DNA of 64,000 nt from an uncultured Gemmatimonadales bacterium (GTDB lineage: Bacteria > Gemmatimonadota > Gemmatimonadetes > Gemmatimonadales > GWC2-71-9), in contig CAVUAK010000003.1 in NCBI GenBank assembly GCA_963739455.1, positions 96,001 through 160,000 of the forward strand, read 5' to 3'. Below, piece after piece: positions 1-10,761 of this stretch. The notes beneath the pieces are model-generated. The model did not search any database. It was not told the origin of the DNA and was given only the letters and a program-made list of their open reading frames with translations. Each line of letters begins with the position of its first letter. Position 1 is the first letter of the stretch. Position numbers and translations under genes: made by a program.

Positions 1-147
1 GCCCGCGTGAACGCGACGCGCCAGGTGTACTTCTCACACACGGCGCTCGATGGTCGCTACACCATCCGCATGGCGATCGGTGCCCGCGCCACGGAACTGC
101 GCCACGTGCGGGAGGCGTGGGCCCTCATCGCAGCGAGTGCGGGCTAG
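1..147 (+). CDS. C-terminal fragment of a group II pyridoxal-dependent decarboxylase (aromatic L-amino acid decarboxylase-like), truncated by the window edge
   Basis: Frame 1 reads ARVNATRQVYFSHTALDGRYTIRMAIGARATELRHVREAWALIAASAG*, resembling the C-terminus of this family. Not in the ORF track. Confidence 0.7.
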   Translation, partial: ARVNATRQVYFSHTALDGRYTIRMAIGARATELRHVREAWALIAASAG

Positions 148-240
148 CTGGCGTCCGATGCTCGGTTGGCCCCGCGCAAGCGCGAGCGCGAGGGGTTGGG
201 CAGGGTAGGGAGGAAGGGCGTCGAGAGCGCTGGAGCGGGG

Positions 241-3051
241 TCAGCCGAGCAAGGGCGCCAAAGCAGGGGCCGACTCGTCGAGCACCTCGCGCAGGTACCT
301 GCCCGTGTGCGATATCTCGACTTCGGCCACCGCCTCCGGCGTCCCCTGTGCCACCACCCGCCCTCCTTCATCTCCTGCCTCCGGGCCGAGGTCGATAACC
401 CAGTCCGCCCGCTTGATCACGTCCATGTGATGCTCGATGACCAGCACCGTGTGCCCCGCGTCCACCAGCCGGTCGAGCACGCTGATCAGCACCCGCACGT
501 CGTCGAGATGCAGCCCGGTGGTCGGTTCGTCGAGGATGTACAGCTTGCGCCCCGCCTTCTTGCCCGCCTGCGCCAGTTCCCGCGCAATCTTGAGCCGCTG
601 CGCCTCGCCGCCCGATAGCGTCGTCGCCGGCTGCCCCAGCCGCAGGTAGCCCAGTCCCACCTGCTGCAGGTGCCAGAGCGCCACGCCCAGCCTTGGCTGG
701 TGCCGGAACCGCGATACCGCCTCTTCCACCGTCCACTGCAGCACGTCGTGGATCGACTGCCCGTGGATTTTCACGTCGAGCACTTCACGCTTGAAGCGCG
801 ATCCCCCGCAGGTCTCGCATGGCACATACACATCGGCCAGGAACACCATCTCCACCTGCACATGCCCCGCACCCTCACACGTTTCACAGCGGCCGCCCGG
901 CAGGTTGAACGAGAACGTCGCCGGCGTGTACTTCCGCTGCCGCGATAGCGGCTGGTTCGCGAACAACTCGCGGATCTCGTCGAAGGCCTTGATGTAGGTC
1001 ACCGGGTTGGAGCGGGGGCTCCGTCCAATGGGTGACTGGTCCACCAGCAGTACGTCCTGCAGCCATTCGGCGCCCGACACCACCCCTTCACCCACCGCTT
1101 CGCCAAGGTGGGACTTCGCCGAGTGGCCGCCATGCAGCCGTGCCTCGAGCTGCCGGTAGAGCACGTCGTGGATCAGTGTGCTCTTGCCCGAGCCCGAGAC
1201 ACCCGTCACCGCGGTGAGCGTGCCCAGCGGAATGTCGCAGTCGGCGCCGTGCAGGTTATGCAGTCGTGCCCCGCGCAGCTTGAGCCATCGCGGTCCAGCC
1301 ACGCGGCGAACGCTGGGCACACCGATCCGCTTCTCGCCGGTGAGGTACTGTCCCGTGAGGGATTGCAGTGGTCCCGTGATCGGGCCCGCATGCACCACCC
1401 GCCCGCCATGCTCGCCGGCGCCCGGGCCCAGCTCGAGCATGAAGTCCGCCTGGCGGATCGCCGCGATGTCATGCTCCACCACCACCACGGTGTTTCCCCC
1501 GTCGCGCAGCCGGTGCAGGAGGGCGAGCAGCCGGTCGGTGTCCCGCGGGTGCAGGCCTATCGAGGGCTCGTCCAGGACGTATAGCGTGTCGACCAGGCGC
1601 GACCCGAGTGCATTCGAGAGCGCGATGCGCTGCGCCTCGCCACCCGACAGCGTGCGGGTCTGCCGGTCCATCGTCAGGTAGCCAAGGCCCACGTCACGCA
1701 GGTACTCGACCCGCGGCGACAGTTCCTCGACTACCGATCCACCGATCTCCCGCTCGTGTGCCGTGAGCGGCAGCGTGGCGAGCCAGGCGTGGAGGCCGTC
1801 GATCGACAGCGCCGACACGTCGGAGATCATCCGCCCCGCCAGCCGCACCGCGCGCGCATGTTCGTTGAGGCGCGTGCCCCCGCACGACGGACAGGTCTCC
1901 GCCAGCTGGTACTGCCGCAGGAACACGCGGATGTACTGCTTGTAGCGCTTTTCCTCGAGTCCCTTGAGGAAGGGGAAGATCCCGAGGTAGCCCTTGCTCT
2001 TTCCGTGGAGCAGTTCCCGTCGCACCGTCGCCTTGAGCTTCTTCCACGGCGCGTTCACGTCGGCGCCGAGCTCGCGTGCCTTCTTGTCCAGCGCCCGCCG
2101 CCGTGACTCGTAGCGTGGCTTGGTCCACGGGTCGATCGCGCCATCCGAAATCGCCAGCGACGGGTCGGGCACGATCAGTGACTCGGCGTACTCCAGCACC
2201 GCCCCGAAGCCGTTGCACGCCTCGCACGCACCGCGCGGATTGTTGAACGAGAAAAGGTTGGGCGTGAGCGGCACGGATGGCGTGTCGCAGGCGCTGCAGG
2301 TGGGGAACACGGTGAAGCGCATGCGCCCGCCATCGTGCAGCACGAGCGCGACCCCCTCGCCCTCGCCGAAGGCCGTGCCCAGCGCCTCACCGAGCCGGGG
2401 CGGGGCATTGCCCGTCGACGCGATCGCGAGACGGTCCACCACCACGAGCAGTTCCTTCGCCTTTGCGAGATCGCGCTTCGGGGGCAGCTCGTCGAGGTGC
2501 AGCAGGTCGCCATCGGCCAGTACCCGCAGGAAGCCCAGTGCCCGCAGGTTCTCCACGATCAATTCATGGCTCGCGCGCGCCGAGGCCGGCAGCGGGAACG
2601 CCACCTGGAAGCGCCCGGTCACGGAGGCCGCCACCGCATCGGTGGCCGACTGCACGGTGTCGCGCCGCACCGGCGCACCGCACTTCCGGCAATACGGCGT
2701 GCCAAGGCGGGCCCAGAGCAGCCGGAGGAAGTCGTACACCTCGGTGGCGGTGCCGACGGTCGAGCGGCTGGAGACGGTGGGATTGCGCTGCTCGATCGCC
2801 ACGGCCGGCGCGAGGCCCTCGAGGCGGTCCACCAGCGGCTTCGGCATCCGCTCGAGAAACTGCTTTGCGTACGTGGAGAGCGACTCGATGTACCGCCGCT
2901 GGCCCTCGGCGTAGAGGGTGTCGAACGCAAGGCTCGACTTCCCCGACCCTGAAGGGCCGGTGATCACGATGAGGGCCCGGTGGGGCAGGTCCACCGTGAC
3001 GCCCTTGAGGTTGTGCTGGCGCGCGTTGACGATGCGAATGACGTCCGGCAT
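241..3051 (-). CDS. uvrA: Excinuclease ABC subunit A (UvrA)
   Basis: Starts [16 protein letters not shown]. Two ABC modules ([37 protein letters not shown]) and CxxC zinc fingers. Start moved to ATG 3051. Confidence 0.96.
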   Translation of the reverse strand: MPDVIRIVNARQHNLKGVTVDLPHRALIVITGPSGSGKSSLAFDTLYAEGQRRYIESLSTYAKQFLERMPKPLVDRLEGLAPAVAIEQRNPTVSSRSTVGTATEVYDFLRLLWARLGTPYCRKCGAPVRRDTVQSATDAVAASVTGRFQVAFPLPASARASHELIVENLRALGFLRVLADGDLLHLDELPPKRDLAKAKELLVVVDRLAIASTGNAPPRLGEALGTAFGEGEGVALVLHDGGRMRFTVFPTCSACDTPSVPLTPNLFSFNNPRGACEACNGFGAVLEYAESLIVPDPSLAISDGAIDPWTKPRYESRRRALDKKARELGADVNAPWKKLKATVRRELLHGKSKGYLGIFPFLKGLEEKRYKQYIRVFLRQYQLAETCPSCGGTRLNEHARAVRLAGRMISDVSALSIDGLHAWLATLPLTAHEREIGGSVVEELSPRVEYLRDVGLGYLTMDRQTRTLSGGEAQRIALSNALGSRLVDTLYVLDEPSIGLHPRDTDRLLALLHRLRDGGNTVVVVEHDIAAIRQADFMLELGPGAGEHGGRVVHAGPITGPLQSLTGQYLTGEKRIGVPSVRRVAGPRWLKLRGARLHNLHGADCDIPLGTLTAVTGVSGSGKSTLIHDVLYRQLEARLHGGHSAKSHLGEAVGEGVVSGAEWLQDVLLVDQSPIGRSPRSNPVTYIKAFDEIRELFANQPLSRQRKYTPATFSFNLPGGRCETCEGAGHVQVEMVFLADVYVPCETCGGSRFKREVLDVKIHGQSIHDVLQWTVEEAVSRFRHQPRLGVALWHLQQVGLGYLRLGQPATTLSGGEAQRLKIARELAQAGKKAGRKLYILDEPTTGLHLDDVRVLISVLDRLVDAGHTVLVIEHHMDVIKRADWVIDLGPEAGDEGGRVVAQGTPEAVAEVEISHTGRYLREVLDESAPALAPLLG

Positions 3052-3148
3052 GGCGGTGCGAAGAATAGTGACCAGCGGGCTTTCGGGATAGCTTCGGGTT
3101 CTCGCACCTGTCGGTGGGTGGGCGTGCTCCGCTACGTTTCTGCGCCGC

Positions 3149-4231
3149 ATGGCCGCAAAACTCTTCACACCGCAACTGATCCGACGCGGGCTCGAGATCT
3201 TCCTCCTGATCTCGCTGGCCGGCTTCGTTTTCACGTTTATCTACGGCAAGAACCCGCAGGCCGTCCTCGACAAGGCGCTGCACCTCCACTGGCAGTGGCT
3301 CCTGGTGGGCCTGGTGCTGGCGTCGATGGACTGGATCGGGGGCGGGTTGCGCCTCTGGGTCGTCGCCCGCGTGGTGCACCCCAACCCGCCCATCGGCGGG
3401 ATGATGCTCGCCGGGGGCATGAGCGCCTGGGCGGCCTACCTCACCCCGCTGCAGTCGGGCGCAGCGCCGATGATGATCTTCACCATGCGGCGTTTCGGCA
3501 TTCCAGTGCCGGTGGCCCTGACGTCCACCCTGATGACGTTCATCGCCACCATTCTCTTCTTCGGCATCGCAGGGCCCCTCGCCATCTTCCTGGGCGCGGG
3601 AAAGTCGCTGGGGGCGAAGGACGCGGTGCTCGGCTTCTCACTGTACGACCTCTACCTCGGCACCTTGAGCGTGTTCGTGGTGCTTGGCGTGGTGCTGCTC
3701 GCCGTCATCATCTTCCCGAAGCACATGAGTGCGCTGGTGCACCGGCTGGCCGAGTGGGCGGGCCGTCGCAGCCGCCGCATCGCCGACCGGCTCGAGGGAC
3801 TCCGCAAGGGCATCGACCAGGCCCACGAGTCGGTGCTGGAGTTCAACACGCCGCGGGGCTGGCTCGCGCTGCTCTGGGCCACCCTCCTGTCGGCGCCGTC
3901 ACACGCGAACAAGCTGCTCGCCGGGTACGTCGCCATGCGCACGCTGGGCATTCACGCCAACTTCGTGGATATCCTGCTGCTGCAGACGCTGATCACCTTC
4001 CTGCTTTACTTCGCGCCCACGCCCGGCGCCTCCGGCATCGCCGAGGTGCTTTCCGCGCTCATCATGGCGTCGTACGTGCCCAAGGAACTGACCCCGCTCT
4101 ACATCCTGATCTGGCGCCTCATCCTGAGCTACTTCACCATCGGCTTCGGCTTCTTCGTCTTCACCACCTGGGTGCGGAAGGGACTGACGGGCATCTCGAC
4201 CGACGGTGACGAGGGAGTGGAAGGAACTTGA
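3149..4231 (+). CDS. Lysylphosphatidylglycerol synthase TM-domain / flippase-like membrane protein (UPF0104)
   Basis: Multi-TM protein with LTPLQSGAAP and APTPGASGIAE...WRLILSY motifs typical of this family. Confidence 0.8.
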   Translation: MAAKLFTPQLIRRGLEIFLLISLAGFVFTFIYGKNPQAVLDKALHLHWQWLLVGLVLASMDWIGGGLRLWVVARVVHPNPPIGGMMLAGGMSAWAAYLTPLQSGAAPMMIFTMRRFGIPVPVALTSTLMTFIATILFFGIAGPLAIFLGAGKSLGAKDAVLGFSLYDLYLGTLSVFVVLGVVLLAVIIFPKHMSALVHRLAEWAGRRSRRIADRLEGLRKGIDQAHESVLEFNTPRGWLALLWATLLSAPSHANKLLAGYVAMRTLGIHANFVDILLLQTLITFLLYFAPTPGASGIAEVLSALIMASYVPKELTPLYILIWRLILSYFTIGFGFFVFTTWVRKGLTGISTDGDEGVEGT

Positions 4232-4233
4232 GC

Positions 4234-4264
4234 CCCTGTTCCCTGTTCCCTGTTCCCTGTTCCC
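4234..4264. repeat. Tandem heptamer (CCCTGTT)x4 in a short intergenic gap
   Basis: Direct read: ccctgtt ccctgtt ccctgtt ccctgtt ccc. Confidence 0.95.
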
Positions 4265-4276
4265 GCAGTTGGCTGG

Positions 4277-6064
4277 ATGGCTGAACTCTCCGAGGACCAG
4301 GGCACCGCGGCCTACGACTCCGCCTTGCTGCGGCGATTGGTGCGGTACCTCCGCCCCTATCGCTGGCAGGCGACGCTGGCACTGCTGTGTCTCATGGCAT
4401 CGGCCGGCCTGGCGCTGGTCAACCCGCTGCTGACCCAGCGCGCCCTCGACGTCGCCGTGCCCCAGCGCGACTTCGGCATGCTGCGCACCCTGGCGCTCAT
4501 TGCGCTCGGTGCCCTCATCCTCGAGTTCGTGCTCGAGTATGTGCAGTCCCTGGTCACCACGTACATCGGCCAGCGCGTCATGCGCGACCTTCGCCTTGAG
4601 ATCTTCGAGCACCTCCAGCGGCTCAGCATCCCGTATTTCGACCGCAATCCGGTGGGACGGCTGATGACGCGCGTCACCTCCGACGTCGAGACGCTGAACG
4701 AGCTCTTTTCATCGGGCGTCGTCACCGTTTTCGGCGACCTCTTCACGCTCGCCGCCATCATGGCGCTGATGCTGTACGCCGACTGGCGCCTCGCCCTGGT
4801 CGCGTTCTCGGTAATTCCGTTCGTCTACTTGCTCGCCCGGGTATTCCGCCGCCGCGTGCGCGACGCGTTCCGGGACATACGCCTCCTCCTCGCGCGGCTC
4901 AACAGCTATCTCCAGGAGCACCTGTCCGGCATGCGCGTGGTGCAACTCTTCGCTCGCGAGCCGGCCTCGGCGCGCGAGTTCGGTCACATCAACGAGGAGC
5001 ACCTGCAGGCGCACCTCCGCTCGGTGACCATCTACGCGCTGTTCTTTCCCGCCATCGAGATCCTCACGGCGGTCGCGCTGGCGCTGGTGCTCTGGTACGG
5101 CGGCCTCCGGACCCTGGGCGGCACCCTCACCATCGGCGTCCTGGCCGCATTCATCCAGCTCACCCGGCGTTTCTTCCAGCCGCTGCAGGACCTCTCCGAG
5201 AAGTTCAACCTCCTGCAGGCCGCCATGGCGTCGTCGGAGCGGATCTTCCGTCTCCTGAATGAGCCGGTCACGATTGGGGAGACCACCGCTCCACGCGCGC
5301 TGCCAACGCCGGTCCGTGGCGAGGTGCACTTCGAGTCGGTCTGGTTCCGCTACAACGACAACGGGCCCTGGGTGCTCTCCGATGTCTCGTTCGTGGCTCG
5401 GCCAGGGGAGACGGTGGCACTCGTGGGGCACACCGGGGCGGGGAAGACCACCATCATCAGCCTGCTGCTTCGATTCTACGAGCCGACCCGCGGGCGGATC
5501 ACGGTGGATGGCGTGGACATTCGCGAACTCTCATTCGGCGAGCTGCGTGGCCTCGTGGGCTACGTCCAGCAGGATCTCTTCCTGTTCACGGGGGACATCC
5601 TGCACAACCTGGCGCTTGACGCGCCGCGCACGGAAGCCGAGATCCGCCTCGCCGCCGAGCGGGTCGGAGCCGATCGCTTTGTGCGGCGCCTGCCCGATGG
5701 CTACCGCCACGTGCTTGGGGAGCGGGGCCGTTCGCTCAGCGTCGGCGAGCGGCAACTGCTGAGCTTTGCCCGGGCCCTGGCCCTCGATCCGCGTATCCTG
5801 ATCCTGGACGAGGCGACCAGTTCTGTGGACGCCGAGGCGGAGGCGCAGATCCAGCAGGCCGTCGCCCAGTTGATGTCAGGGCGCACCAGTCTGGTCGTGG
5901 CCCATCGCTTGAGCACCATCCTGCACGCCGACCAGATCCTGGTCCTGCACCATGGGGAAATCCGGGAGCGCGGCACGCACCGTGCCCTGCTGGAAGCGGA
6001 TGGGCTCTATGCACGGTTGCACCGGTTGCAGTTCGGCACGGAAACGGTCCGGCGCACGGCATGA
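4277..6064 (+). CDS. ABC exporter, fused permease/ATPase (MsbA/MdlB-like)
   Basis: N-terminal TM domain, Walker A GHTGAGKTT, signature LSVGERQ, ILILDEATS, H-loop VAHRLST. Confidence 0.93.
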   Translation: MAELSEDQGTAAYDSALLRRLVRYLRPYRWQATLALLCLMASAGLALVNPLLTQRALDVAVPQRDFGMLRTLALIALGALILEFVLEYVQSLVTTYIGQRVMRDLRLEIFEHLQRLSIPYFDRNPVGRLMTRVTSDVETLNELFSSGVVTVFGDLFTLAAIMALMLYADWRLALVAFSVIPFVYLLARVFRRRVRDAFRDIRLLLARLNSYLQEHLSGMRVVQLFAREPASAREFGHINEEHLQAHLRSVTIYALFFPAIEILTAVALALVLWYGGLRTLGGTLTIGVLAAFIQLTRRFFQPLQDLSEKFNLLQAAMASSERIFRLLNEPVTIGETTAPRALPTPVRGEVHFESVWFRYNDNGPWVLSDVSFVARPGETVALVGHTGAGKTTIISLLLRFYEPTRGRITVDGVDIRELSFGELRGLVGYVQQDLFLFTGDILHNLALDAPRTEAEIRLAAERVGADRFVRRLPDGYRHVLGERGRSLSVGERQLLSFARALALDPRILILDEATSSVDAEAEAQIQQAVAQLMSGRTSLVVAHRLSTILHADQILVLHHGEIRERGTHRALLEADGLYARLHRLQFGTETVRRTA

Positions 6065-6161
6065 GCGGTTCCTGGGCACCTGCAGCTAACCCCAACTTGC
6101 TTGCTCGCTTATGGCACGTGGGATACAATTGTCGAACTCACATGACACATCTACACCCGGC

Positions 6162-7575
6162 ATGATCCAGATTGAGGTAGGCGGCCGGCGTCATTCCGTC
6201 TCCGCGGGAGAGTTCGTGCTTGGATCAGATCCCGGCTCGGGGATTCTCCTCGAGGGCCCGGATGTCCTGACACGTCATGCGATTGTGGAGTTGCTCGGCA
6301 CCGGCGAGGCGGCCATTCGGGTTGCGTCGCCGGTCGCTGAAGTGCGCGTAAATGGCGTGCGGCTGGGCGCGGAGCCGACCCCGTTGCTGCATGGCGACAA
6401 GATCACGCTGGCTGGCCACGAGCTGCGGGTCGTCGACGAGGCGCGTTCCGGAAGCACCCAGATGATGGCGGCATTCGCCTTCCCGGAATCGAGCAGCACG
6501 CCGGTGCCCGGTGCGTCCGGTCCCACGGCGGCGGGGCGCCTCGTCAGCCTGACCGACGGACGGGAGTACGCCATCACCGCCGCCGGGGTTGTCTTCGGCC
6601 GCGATGCCGGCTGCGAAGTTGTCATCGTGAGCACCGAGGTCTCGCGGCGGCATGCCGAGATCCGTCCCGGCCCCAACGGCTACGTCATCACCGATTCGAG
6701 CGCCAACGGCACGATCGTCAACGGCCAGCGTATTCCCGGCTCGCGGGTCCTGGCGCGCGGTGACGTGATCCGCATCGGCGGCGAGGAGTTCCGCTTCTAT
6801 GCCCAGCCGGTGGCCGGCATCGCGGCGCCCATCCTGAGCGGGCCCGCGCTCGGCGCGTCGCAGCGCTTGAACGACACGTTTCATGGGGTGCCCACCACGC
6901 CGGCCGCGCTCCCGTCGGTGCCGGCCCTCACCGATACGCTCCACGGCATCCCGCCGTTCCCGACGCCGATACCGCCCCCAGCCACGCCGACGCCGGCGCC
7001 GGCCGCCGTGGTGATGGCACCGCTCGCCTCGCTGCTCATCCGTGGTGGTGCGCTCAAGGGGAAGCGTCTGCCGGTGCGTGCCCCGGTGGTGAACATCGGC
7101 CGCGCCGACTACAACGACATCGTCCTCCCCGAGGCCAGCGTCAGCACCGCGCATGCGAAGCTGCAGCGCCGCGAGGGAGTGTGGGTCATTTCCGATCTCG
7201 ATTCCACCAACGGCACCACCGTCGACGGCGAACCGGTGAAGGGTGAGTTTCCCCTCTCGCCGGGCGCCACGATCCGCTTCGGCGAGGTCGCGGTGCTGTT
7301 CGAGCCCATGGATGCGTCCGCCGACGCACACGCCTCGGGTACCCGGGTCATGCCGCGCATCGACGTGCCGACTCCGCCGCCGGCCGTCGCACCCGCACCA
7401 GAGGCGCCCGCGCCGGCGGCCGCCGATGCCACGGCGGCCCGTACGCCCCGACCGGCGGCGAAGCCACGCACGGTCGTCAGCTCCCCACCCAAAAAGTCAT
7501 CGGTCTCGACATGGGCGCTCGCTGCTGTTCGTGATCCTCGCCGCGGTGGCGGCCGCGCTGGTCTTCCTGAGGTAG
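6162..7575 (+). CDS. Triple-FHA-domain protein with Pro-rich linkers and C-terminal TM anchor (probable indel near 7519)
   Basis: FHA motifs GRDAGC..VSRRHA..SANGT and GRADYND..VSTAHA..STNGT, plus a degenerate first FHA. The TM tail LLFVILAAVAAALVFLR* lies in another frame and ends at TAG 7575. Confidence 0.85.
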
Positions 7576-7580
7576 CGTCC

Positions 7581-8376
7581 GTGCGCTTCACCTGTGCGGC
7601 CCGCACCGACGTCGGCATCGTCCGCTCCGGCAATGAGGACAACTACCTCATGCTGTCCGATCGCGGCCTGTTCATCGTCGCCGACGGCATGGGCGGCCAT
7701 GCCGCCGGCGAGGTGGCGAGTGAAATGGCGGTGCGCCTCATCGCCCGCGAAGTCGGGAGCCTCAAGGGACTCGACAACGGCGGCGCCTCGAACCGGCTGT
7801 CCCAGGCCATCCGCACCGCGAATGACGCCATCTTTTCCCGCACCCTGGCCGAGCATGACAAGCGCGGCATGGGCACCACCGCCACCGTCATGGTGCTGCT
7901 GCCCGGTCGCTACCTCATCGGTCAGGTGGGCGACAGCCGCGCGTACCTGCTGCGCAACGGCGCCCTGCTCCAGCTGACGAAGGATCACAGCTACGTGCAG
8001 GAACAGGTGGACGCCGGGCCTGCTCACGCCGGAGCAGGCCCGCGTCCACCCGTACGCCAACGTCATTACCCGGTGTGTGGGTGCCAGCGTCGACGTGGTG
8101 CCCGACATCTACTTCGGCCACCTGCAGCCCGGCGACGTGGTGCTGCTCGCGTCCGATGGCCTCACCGGCATGCTGGAAGACGAGCAGCTCGAGCGCATCC
8201 TCCGGGTGGAGGGCGGGCCCGAGCGCTGGGTCGACCGGATGATCACCGAGGCCAATCGCCGCGGCGGCCTCGACAACATCACCGCCATTGCCGTCAAGAT
8301 CGAGACGGTGGACGGCCCCACCGGCGAGTATCACGTCAGCAGCAGCAGCGGCGACGGGATGGCCCGCCAGGCCTAG
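7581..8376 (+). CDS. PP2C/PrpC-family Ser/Thr protein phosphatase (probable indel near 8017)
   Basis: GTG start; TDVG..RSGNED, VADGMGGHAAGEVAS, GMGTT, VGDSRAY, TKDHS. After the shift: HPYANVITR, LASDGL, GGLDNIT. Confidence 0.92.
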
Positions 8377-8381
8377 CAGCG

Positions 8382-8955
8382 TCAGGGAGGCCCGGCCTCC
8401 CGGGCCGCCCGGTCGTCCTCCCGGCGGCGGCATCAGTTCCTTCTGTTCTTCCTCCAGCGCCTTCCGCCGTTCCTTCTCGTCCTTCTCGTACTTCTTCCAC
8501 TGGTCCTTCGGCAGGAACTTCTTCACCTGCTCGTCGAAGGCCTTGAGCTGCGTGTCCAGCGTCTTGCCCGTCTCGTTGAGCGTCGCGAACAGCGGCGGCA
8601 GCGCCTCGCGCCGGCCATGATCGATCGCGGCGCGGATGTTCAGTTGCGCCAGCTGCGCGCTGTCGCGAGTCGCCTTCGTTTCCTTCCGGTAGCCATCGTA
8701 GTGCATGCTATACTGCGCCTGCTGCTCCGTCGTGGCACCGGTCACCTTGGCGAAGTCCGCCGGGGTGGGCGGACCCTCGAGGGCCAGCAGGTCGAACTGG
8801 GGACCCCTGCGGCCTCCCGGCGGTCCGCCTCCGGGAGGTCCGCCCGAGGGTGAGCCGCCGGGACCATTCCCGGGGCCCTGGGCTGTGGCGGGCGTTGTGG
8901 CGAGGATGATGAGGAGGGAAGCGATGGCCAGCGTGATTTTCTGCGACACGGACAT
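8382..8955 (-). CDS. Secreted Spy/CpxP-like helical protein with Gly/Pro-rich ends (probable indel near 8392)
   Basis: Signal peptide MSVSQKITLAIASLLIILATTPATAQ, then ATTEQQAQY and LPKDQWKKY (LTxxQ-like). Removing one base gives ...GGRPP* at 8382 and removes the long antisense overlap with PP2C. Confidence 0.65.
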
Positions 8956-8985
8956 CGTGCATCCTGTGATTCGGTTGTTGATAGG

Positions 8986-9011
8986 TACGCCCCACATCGC
9001 CGGGGCGTTGG
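8986..9011 (-). promoter_or_regulatory. Putative ECF-type promoter CCAAC-N17-CGTA for the divergent Spy-like gene
   Basis: Minus strand reads cCCAAC gccccggcgatgtgggg CGTAcc, about 30 nt upstream of ATG 8955. Confidence 0.65.
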
Positions 9012-9036
9012 GCGCTGGCGGCCGGCCCCGGGAAGG

Positions 9037-9062
9037 CCAACGGTTTGGCCCCGGGCGGCGTA
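9037..9062 (+). promoter_or_regulatory. Putative autoregulatory ECF promoter CCAAC-N17-CGTA
   Basis: Plus strand reads gCCAAC ggtttggccccgggcgg CGTAgg upstream of the ECF gene. AAC/CGT is the common ECF -35/-10 pattern. Confidence 0.65.
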
Positions 9063-9138
9063 GGTAGCGGTAATGCCAGCCCCCATCGCATGTCCGCAGC
9101 GCGCGCACTGACCGCCGGTCCCGGCTTTCCCGTGACCA

Positions 9139-9712
9139 GTGCCGGTCGCCCCCTCCGCCAGCGAGTCATCGCTCGTGCGGCGCGCCCAGGCCGGCGACCT
9201 CTCGGCGTTCGACGAGCTCGTGCGCGCGCCACATCGGTCGCGCGCTGCGCATCGCGCGCCGCCTGGTGCCGACGCACGAGGACGCCGAGGATGTGGTGCA
9301 GGATGCCTTCCTCTCGGCCATGCGGGCCATCAACTCCTTCGACATCACCCGTCCGTTCGGCCCCTGGCTCACCCGCATCGTGGTGAACCAGGGCATCACC
9401 TTCCGCCGCGCCCGTGCGCGGCGGCAGGACGAGTCCATTTCCACCGAGCTGCCGTCCGCGGGTCCGTCGCCGGCCCAGGTGACGGAGCGCAACGAAATCA
9501 CCGATCGATTCCGCGCGGCACTCGAGCTCCTGCCCGAGCAGCAGCGCCTCATGGTCCAGCTGTTCGAGGTGGACGGGCTGTCGAGCCCGGAGATCGCCAG
9601 GCTCACCGGACTGAGTGACGGCACGGTGCGCTGGCACATCCATGCGGCGCGCAAGGTGTTGCGGAGGGCGCTCGCGCCCCTGATGCACGACGGAGACAAC
9701 GATGACGATTGA
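9139..9712 (+). CDS. ECF RNA polymerase sigma factor (probable indel near 9227; start uncertain, may be near 9090)
   Basis: LVRRAQAGDLSAFDELVR, then after the shift HIGRALRIARRL..DAEDVVQDAF..FGPWLTRI and region 4 LSSPEIARLTGLSDGTVRWHIHAARK. Confidence 0.9.
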
Positions 9713-10103
9713 CGACGAGGGACTGGAGCGCGACCCGCGAGCTCGGCGCGTGGCTCGCCCGGGTCGAGGCACCTGCCGAGGCCGATGTGGAACGGCTGGC
9801 GCGGCGCGTGTCGGCGGTGGTCCGCGCGGCAGTGGCCGCGAGCCCATGCCGCGCACCTGGCGTACCGAGGCCGCCGCCTGGTCTCGCATGCTGGTGCCGC
9901 TGGCGGCGGCGGCCGGGATCGCCGCCGCGATCGTGGTCAACCGCATTGGCGTTCCGGTGTCATCGGTCGCCACCGTGACGCAGGACAGCACCCAACTGCT
10001 CGACGTGCTGCGGCGTACTGATGGCGAGAGCTATCTCGTCACCGTGGCGGTGACCAACTATCGGGATGACTGGGCCAGCAGCCTGGTTGGGAGTGCACAA
10101 TGA
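9702..10103 (+). CDS. Putative single-TM anti-sigma factor (probable compensating indel pair near 9737 and 9843)
   Basis: Overlaps the sigma stop codon. TM LVPLAAAAGIAAAIVV. The alternative frame ELGAWLARVEAPAEADVERLARRVSA looks more protein-like for 9737-9843. Confidence 0.65.
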   Translation: MTIDDEGLERDPRARRVARPGRGTCRGRCGTAGAARVGGGPRGSGREPMPRTWRTEAAAWSRMLVPLAAAAGIAAAIVVNRIGVPVSSVATVTQDSTQLLDVLRRTDGESYLVTVAVTNYRDDWASSLVGSAQ

Positions 10104-10630
10104 CGGACGACTTTTCATTGAAGGCAGGGGCGCCCGTGCAGGCCGCGAAGCGACAGGCGGTGCTGGTGCTGAGCCTCGTGCTGCTGGCAGGATTCCTGAT
10201 CGGCATGGCGGCCGATCGTCTCTGGCTCACGCGGCACTGGGGTGGCAGGCCACCACGCGATTTCGCGGAGGGACGCGGCGGGCCAGGTGGCCCCCGTGGG
10301 CCCGGTGGCCCGGGAATGATGCGTGGAGGCTTCCCCGGCGAGATGTCACCCGAGCGCGCTGCTGAGCGGCGGCGCGGCATGGTGCAGCGCCTCACCCGCG
10401 AACTCGACCTGACCGCGACGCAGCAGCAGGCTATCGACTCGATCATGGCGGGCAACGAGGCGGAGTTCGCCGCCATGGAGAAGGAAATGCGCCCGCGCAT
10501 GAAGGCGTTCTTCGAGCGCAGCCGCGGCCAGATCGACTCCGTGCTCACGCCGGCCCAGCGCGAGAAGTTCCACCGCTTCGGCCCGCCTGATGGTCCGCCC
10601 GGGCCGCCACCACCTGAACCGGGTCGCTGA
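10100..10630 (+). CDS. Spy/CpxP/ZraP-like periplasmic protein (LTxxQ motifs)
   Basis: N-terminal TM, ELDLTATQQQAI and VLTPAQREKF motifs, Gly/Pro-rich segments. ATGA overlap with the anti-sigma gene. Confidence 0.8.
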   Translation: MTDDFSLKAGAPVQAAKRQAVLVLSLVLLAGFLIGMAADRLWLTRHWGGRPPRDFAEGRGGPGGPRGPGGPGMMRGGFPGEMSPERAAERRRGMVQRLTRELDLTATQQQAIDSIMAGNEAEFAAMEKEMRPRMKAFFERSRGQIDSVLTPAQREKFHRFGPPDGPPGPPPPEPGR

Positions 10631-10761
10631 GCCGACTTCACATCCAGGCAGAGACACAGGCCGCGCGCTGCGCGGCCTGACCCGCCGTACGGGCCTACCC
10701 GCCTTGGTCGCTTGTGCCCCGTTTCGCATCGGTCCATACTGACTCCATACCTCCAACAGGG

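Noticed and set aside
6111..8546. 811-aa FHA-PP2C fusion ORF
   Set aside because: Better explained as two genes with indels: the FHA TM tail and stop at 7575 and the PP2C C-terminus lie in other frames.
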